Assembly (NCBI GenBank): GCA_965602015.1
Contig: OZ271918.1
Coordinates: 1,440,001 to 1,504,000, forward strand
Reading direction: 5' to 3'
Source: Salinispira sp.
GTDB lineage: Bacteria > Spirochaetota > Spirochaetia > DSM-27196 > Salinispiraceae
DNA length: 64,000 bases
Shown one piece after another: positions 59,816-64,000 of the stretch. Both the position numbers and the translations under genes were made by a program. Numbering within the stretch: position 1 is the stretch's first letter; each line of letters opens with the position of its first letter. The notes beneath the pieces were generated by a model. That model worked only from the letters and a program-made list of their open reading frames with translations, searched no databases and had not been told where the DNA came from.

Positions 59816-61066
59816 TCAATGCTTGAAGCTGCGCTGTCCGGTAAAAACCATGCTTATGCCCGCTTCGTTACAGGCTTCAATTGCTTCAAAGTCCCTGAGG
59901 GATCCGCCGGGCTGAACTATGCCCGATATTCCCTCGCGGACTCCCACATCAACTCCGTCCCTGAAGGGAAAAAACGCATCGCTCACCATAATCGAGTCGG
60001 CAATATTGCCCCTGGCTTCCCGGGTCTCTTCCAGAATTGCCTCTCGGGAACCTTCATCACCCAACTGGTTAAAGGGCATACCGTGGCGTTCCCAGCAGAG
60101 GCGGTCGGCATACTTTCGGTAGGCCTTGTCCCTGGCGATTTCCGCAACCCCTACCCGATCCTGCTCTCCGGTTCCTATGCCCACGGTACAACGGTCTTTA
60201 ACGTATATTACGGAGTTACTGGTAATGCCGGCCTCAACCAGCCAACCAAAAAGCATGTCCTGTTTTTCCCTCTCGTCGGGCTGACGGGAAACTTCGTAGA
60301 CCCTTCCCTTGTGCTCAGTACGGGCCGGAAGAAAATCACCAAAGCGCTTGGCCGCCGGCTCGAACTGATACTGAATAATGACTCCGCCGTCCATAAGACT
60401 TTTGAAATCAAGAGTCTTCGGACCCACGAAGGCCTCAAGGCGGGATATGTTGCTGATTTTCATGATGCGCAGATTTTTCCGCCTGGACAGTATTTCCATG
60501 GTTCCGGGGGCAAAATCAGGGGCCGCCACAACCTCGCAGTAGCTTGAGCTGATTGCCTCTGCAGTTGCTTTGTCCACCGTCCGGTTAAGCGCGACGGCGC
60601 CGCCGAAGGCTGCCAAACGGTCGGCCATGTAGGCTTTCTGGTAGGCCTCAGAGAGGCTGGACCCCAGCGCCACCCCCGACGGATTATTGTGTTTTATGAT
60701 GACCGCGGCGTTATCTGCGGTGAAATAACGGAGAATATTCAACGCGGCGTCGATATCGGTGATGTTTATTTTGCCCGGATGCTTTCCCGATTGGAGAAGC
60801 TCGGCATCACTGGCTAAATGAATTCCCGGTTCGATGGTCTGAACATCTCCAAGATGGAGGTTTCCGTTTACCAGTTTGTACAGGGCAGCGGGTTGATCGG
60901 GGTTTTCGCCGTAGCGCAATCCCTTCAGCTCACCGTCAATATCCCATCGTACCTTCTCGTAATACAGGGTGCTTCGCTCACCACCGTCATCGTAGAGGCT
61001 GATATCCATTTTGGACGGAAACTGGTCCTCATTGATCCGGCGGTACATGTTCTTTAAATCGCTCAC
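59816..61066 (-). CDS. purH: AICAR formyltransferase (C-terminal half of PurH, stand-alone)
   Basis: LRYGENPDQ, IKHNNPSGVA, GIGTGEQDRV, SDAFFPFRDG, QPGGSLRD, FTGQRSFKH; GTG 61066 after GAGGGAG. Confidence 0.9.
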   Translation of the reverse strand: MSDLKNMYRRINEDQFPSKMDISLYDDGGERSTLYYEKVRWDIDGELKGLRYGENPDQPAALYKLVNGNLHLGDVQTIEPGIHLASDAELLQSGKHPGKINITDIDAALNILRYFTADNAAVIIKHNNPSGVALGSSLSEAYQKAYMADRLAAFGGAVALNRTVDKATAEAISSSYCEVVAAPDFAPGTMEILSRRKNLRIMKISNISRLEAFVGPKTLDFKSLMDGGVIIQYQFEPAAKRFGDFLPARTEHKGRVYEVSRQPDEREKQDMLFGWLVEAGITSNSVIYVKDRCTVGIGTGEQDRVGVAEIARDKAYRKYADRLCWERHGMPFNQLGDEGSREAILEETREARGNIADSIMVSDAFFPFRDGVDVGVREGISGIVQPGGSLRDFEAIEACNEAGISMVFTGQRSFKH

Positions 61067-61764
61067 TGCCACACTCCCTCTCTGACGCGGTACACATCGT
61101 CTATTGCGGAATCTACAGTCTCCTGCAAATATCCGGAAATCGCCGCATCGTACTCCGCCGTATGGGCAAAGGTCTTTTTCGCCAAGCGAAAGCGGCTGTC
61201 GAGGCTGATGGTTCCGCTGTTTTCCCGAAGTTCGTGTAAAACTCCGGGATAATCTTCCGGACGGCAGATAGAAGCCACTCTGATATAATTTTTTGCCGAA
61301 GCCCTCAGCATGGTGGGACCACCGATATCAATATGGCTTCTGGCATCCTCAAGGCTGCTTCCTTCCCGGGCGATCTGGGAGCTAAACGGATAAAGATTTA
61401 CCACCACCATATCGATATATTTCGAAGCGCTTCGCTCAATATCCTGCCGATGATCGTTATTATAGGGTTCGCTGAGCAGCCCGAGGTAAATACGGAAATC
61501 CAGAGTTTTAACCAGGCCGCCCTGCATCTCAGGCTGACCGGTGTATTCGCTCACCTGCACGAGATTTTCCGTATAGCGGCCATCCATATATCCGCTGAGC
61601 AAATTCTCAAGGACCCTGTGGGTTCCCCCGGTGCTCAGGATCTGTACATCGGGATTAATCTCAAGAAGGCCGCGGACAAAATCTTCTATGCCGCTTTTGT
61701 CGGATACGGAAATCAGCACGGTGTTGACCTTTACCCTCCGGGGAACCTCAGCGACTCTGTTCAT
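61063..61764 (-). CDS. purH: IMP cyclohydrolase (MGS-like N-terminal half of PurH, stand-alone)
   Basis: LISVSDKSGI, STGGT, EYTGQPEMQGGLVKTL, VVVNLYPF, IDIGGPTMLRASAKN, FAHTAEYD. Confidence 0.9.
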   Translation of the reverse strand: MNRVAEVPRRVKVNTVLISVSDKSGIEDFVRGLLEINPDVQILSTGGTHRVLENLLSGYMDGRYTENLVQVSEYTGQPEMQGGLVKTLDFRIYLGLLSEPYNNDHRQDIERSASKYIDMVVVNLYPFSSQIAREGSSLEDARSHIDIGGPTMLRASAKNYIRVASICRPEDYPGVLHELRENSGTISLDSRFRLAKKTFAHTAEYDAAISGYLQETVDSAIDDVYRVREGVWQ

Positions 61765-62539
61765 GAACCTTTTCTCCTCGCTCTATGTATGCATACGCCT
61801 CGTGATTGTGAATGCTCTCCATGTTCTCCGCTTCAACGCTGAACCAGGGGAAGTTATATGACTGCTCAAGCATGACCGTGACCGCCCGCACAAGATCCTC
61901 CACAAACACCGGATTATCATAACTCAATTCGGTGATGTATTTCTCATCTTCGCGTTTGAGCAGGGTATACAGCGGCGCGCTTGCGCAGCCCTCGATGAGG
62001 GCGATCATATCCTCTATCCAAAAAAAATCGCCCAACTGCACCAAGACCCTGACAAATGAACGCTGATTGTGTGCCCCGTAGGCGGAAATTTCCTTGGAGC
62101 AGGGACAAAGGGTTAAAACCGGCACTTCTATGCCGACAAAAAAATCCCGATACTCGCTGTTCACTTCGCCGATAAATCGGCAGTTGTATTCCATAATGCT
62201 CTTCTGACCGCTGACCGGAGCGCTCTTTTCCATAAAGAAGGGAAATCGCATTTCTCCGTGGGCCACATCGGCCTGAAGGCTTGATTTAATCTTTTCCAGC
62301 ATGTGATGAAAATTATTCATGCGGATGTCGTCGGAATGCTCGTGAAACACCTCGATAAAGCGGCTCATATGGGTGCCCTTGAAGTGATGCGGAAGATCGA
62401 CGTAGAGGTCGACTTCGGCAGAGCTATGCTGATAGCTTTCCGCCTTGTCCAAAATCTTAATCGGATAACGGATATTCTTTACGCCGACCTTGTTCAGCGG
62501 AAGATTGCGCTCGTCGGGAGAGTTCTGGAGGTCTTTCAT
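61748..62539 (-). CDS. folE2: GTP cyclohydrolase I type B
   Basis: KGTHMSRF, TLCPCSKEIS, GAHNQRS, LKREDEK, ESIHNH; ATG 62539 overlaps folD stop. Confidence 0.96.
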   Translation of the reverse strand: MKDLQNSPDERNLPLNKVGVKNIRYPIKILDKAESYQHSSAEVDLYVDLPHHFKGTHMSRFIEVFHEHSDDIRMNNFHHMLEKIKSSLQADVAHGEMRFPFFMEKSAPVSGQKSIMEYNCRFIGEVNSEYRDFFVGIEVPVLTLCPCSKEISAYGAHNQRSFVRVLVQLGDFFWIEDMIALIEGCASAPLYTLLKREDEKYITELSYDNPVFVEDLVRAVTVMLEQSYNFPWFSVEAENMESIHNHEAYAYIERGEKVHEQSR

Positions 62540-63444
62540 GAGGCCGGATTTCCCGAAGCGTCGTGATGGCGCTTTGCCGATTCTACGGTATTCCACAGCA
62601 GCATGGTTATGGTCATCGGACCCACTCCGCGGGGAACCGGAGTGATATGCGAGGCCTTTTGCAGCAGATCGTCGAACTTCACATCTCCCACAAGCCTAAA
62701 TCCCCGTTTTTTACTGGGGTCGTCAACGCGATTTACCCCCACGTCAATGACAACCGCGCCGTCCCTCACCATCTCCGCGGTGATCAGCTCGGGAATGCCA
62801 ACGGCGGCGATGAGAATATCTGCCTGTCTGGTGTGCTGTGAAAGATCAGGGGTACGGCTGTGACAGACGGTGACCGTGGCATTTCCCAGAGGGCTTTTTT
62901 GGAGGAGAAGATTCGCCAGGGGCTTGCCGACGATGTTGGAACGCCCGACAATGACGCAGTGTTTTCCCGCGGGTTCTATGCCGACCGCCTGAATCAGCTT
63001 CACCACTCCGTGAGGAGTACAGGGAAGGAACGCGTCCCGTCCCAGCATCATATTGCCGAGGCTTACGGGATGAAAACCGTCCACATCCTTGGAGGGGGAA
63101 ATAGTTTCGATTATACGGTCCGAATCGATGTGCCCGGGCAGGGGTAGCTGGACCAGAATTCCGTGGATCAGGGGGTCGGCGTTGAGTTCTTCAACCAGGG
63201 ACACCAGCTCATCTTCAGGGGTTTCTGCCGGGAGCCGGATGTCCCGGGAATATATGCCATTTTCTTCGCAGGCTTTTTCCTTTGCGGTGACATAGCTGGT
63301 GCTTGCGGGATCCTCGCCGACTAAAACAACCGCGAGCCCCGGAACCGTTCCCTTATTACTCAACTGGGCAGCATCCCGGGCAATTTTATCCCTGAGTCCC
63401 GCCGCAATTTCTGTGCCGTTAATTATCTGTGCAGCCATGGGCAT
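62536..63444 (-). CDS. folD: Methylene-THF dehydrogenase/cyclohydrolase
   Basis: PGLAVVLVG, GILVQLPLP, KDVDGFHP, GRSNIVGKP, VIDVGVNR, ITPVPRGVGPMT. Confidence 0.99.
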   Translation of the reverse strand: MPMAAQIINGTEIAAGLRDKIARDAAQLSNKGTVPGLAVVLVGEDPASTSYVTAKEKACEENGIYSRDIRLPAETPEDELVSLVEELNADPLIHGILVQLPLPGHIDSDRIIETISPSKDVDGFHPVSLGNMMLGRDAFLPCTPHGVVKLIQAVGIEPAGKHCVIVGRSNIVGKPLANLLLQKSPLGNATVTVCHSRTPDLSQHTRQADILIAAVGIPELITAEMVRDGAVVIDVGVNRVDDPSKKRGFRLVGDVKFDDLLQKASHITPVPRGVGPMTITMLLWNTVESAKRHHDASGNPAS

Positions 63445-63621
63445 GATGTATCATAGCCCATCACAAAATTCAACAATGATGTAATCTGCAGGGCCTTGAA
63501 ATGTTATCGCATTGAACAGCCATTTTGGACGTGCTACTATGGCAGCTCGGCAAAGCGGACATTATTCCGTTTGTGCGTACGACAAATATGACGCATCACC
63601 CCATCGTTTAGAGAGGTTTCA

Positions 63622-64000
63622 GTGATCACAGGCACAATGCGAAGAAACTGCGCGGCGGTTTTAACACTGCTGTTATTTATCAGCTCCTTCCTTCCCCTCA
63701 TCGCCCAGGAAAGTGATCCGGGCTTTGACACTCCAGGTCCGGTTGAGATAAATCGGGTTCTCGGCGATCAGTATCTTACCATCAGTCTCGGACTCCAACT
63801 TCCGCTGTTTATCCACAATCCCAATCCCGGAGACGGAGAGGTTGCCATCAATCAAACAAACCTCAGACCGGGGTTGAGCGGAGGACTGGGATGGGCTGCC
63901 TTCCTCAATAATGAAATTAGCCTGGGTCTCAATGTCAATGCGGCGTACAGCGCCGACCTCAACGGCTCGGGTTTTTTCGCCGTGCCCATTTTGGTTAATG
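63622..64000 (+). CDS. Outer-membrane beta-barrel protein (TP0733-like), runs off the right edge
   Basis: Not in ORF track; manual translation from GTG 63622/ATG 63637: signal peptide, GDQYLTISLGLQLPLF, GGLGWAAFLNNEISLGLNVNAAYS amphipathic strands; adjacent to folD. Confidence 0.65.
   Translation, partial: MITGTMRRNCAAVLTLLLFISSFLPLIAQESDPGFDTPGPVEINRVLGDQYLTISLGLQLPLFIHNPNPGDGEVAINQTNLRPGLSGGLGWAAFLNNEISLGLNVNAAYSADLNGSGFFAVPILVN

Noticed and set aside
63445..63620. ZTP riboswitch upstream of folD-folE2-purH
   Set aside because: No GACUGGCG...GCCUGGG consensus on the minus strand, and folD looks leaderless

Overview
Core-genome window from a spirochaete (inferred from the ~900-aa GreA, the tamB-bamA-skp-mutS-comF-rimP-nusA-infB-rbfA-truB-rpsO-pnp-dut-lptF/G-tgt-murJ gene order, queA-ruvBAC-yebC-lepB-smpB, and folD facing a TP0733-like beta-barrel gene). 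It holds about 50 CDSs, the tmRNA gene (tag ADNADYAMAA), a purine/folate cluster (purB-guaB-purA-guaA; folD-folE2-split purH; NCS2 permease) and a short accessory stretch just after ssrA. I see no integrase, transposase or CRISPR array. The most notable observations are: a ~185-nt GGA-rich, highly structured element after the tmRNA terminator that opens with an antisense copy of the tmRNA T-arm; a thioesterase gene broken by one in-frame TAA; PurH split into two coupled genes; a TGT without its zinc-binding cysteines; a signal peptidase I homologue with Arg in place of the catalytic Lys; candidate structured leaders for rpsO, pnp and rimP; and several probably leaderless genes. All product calls come from motif recognition by eye; no database search was run.
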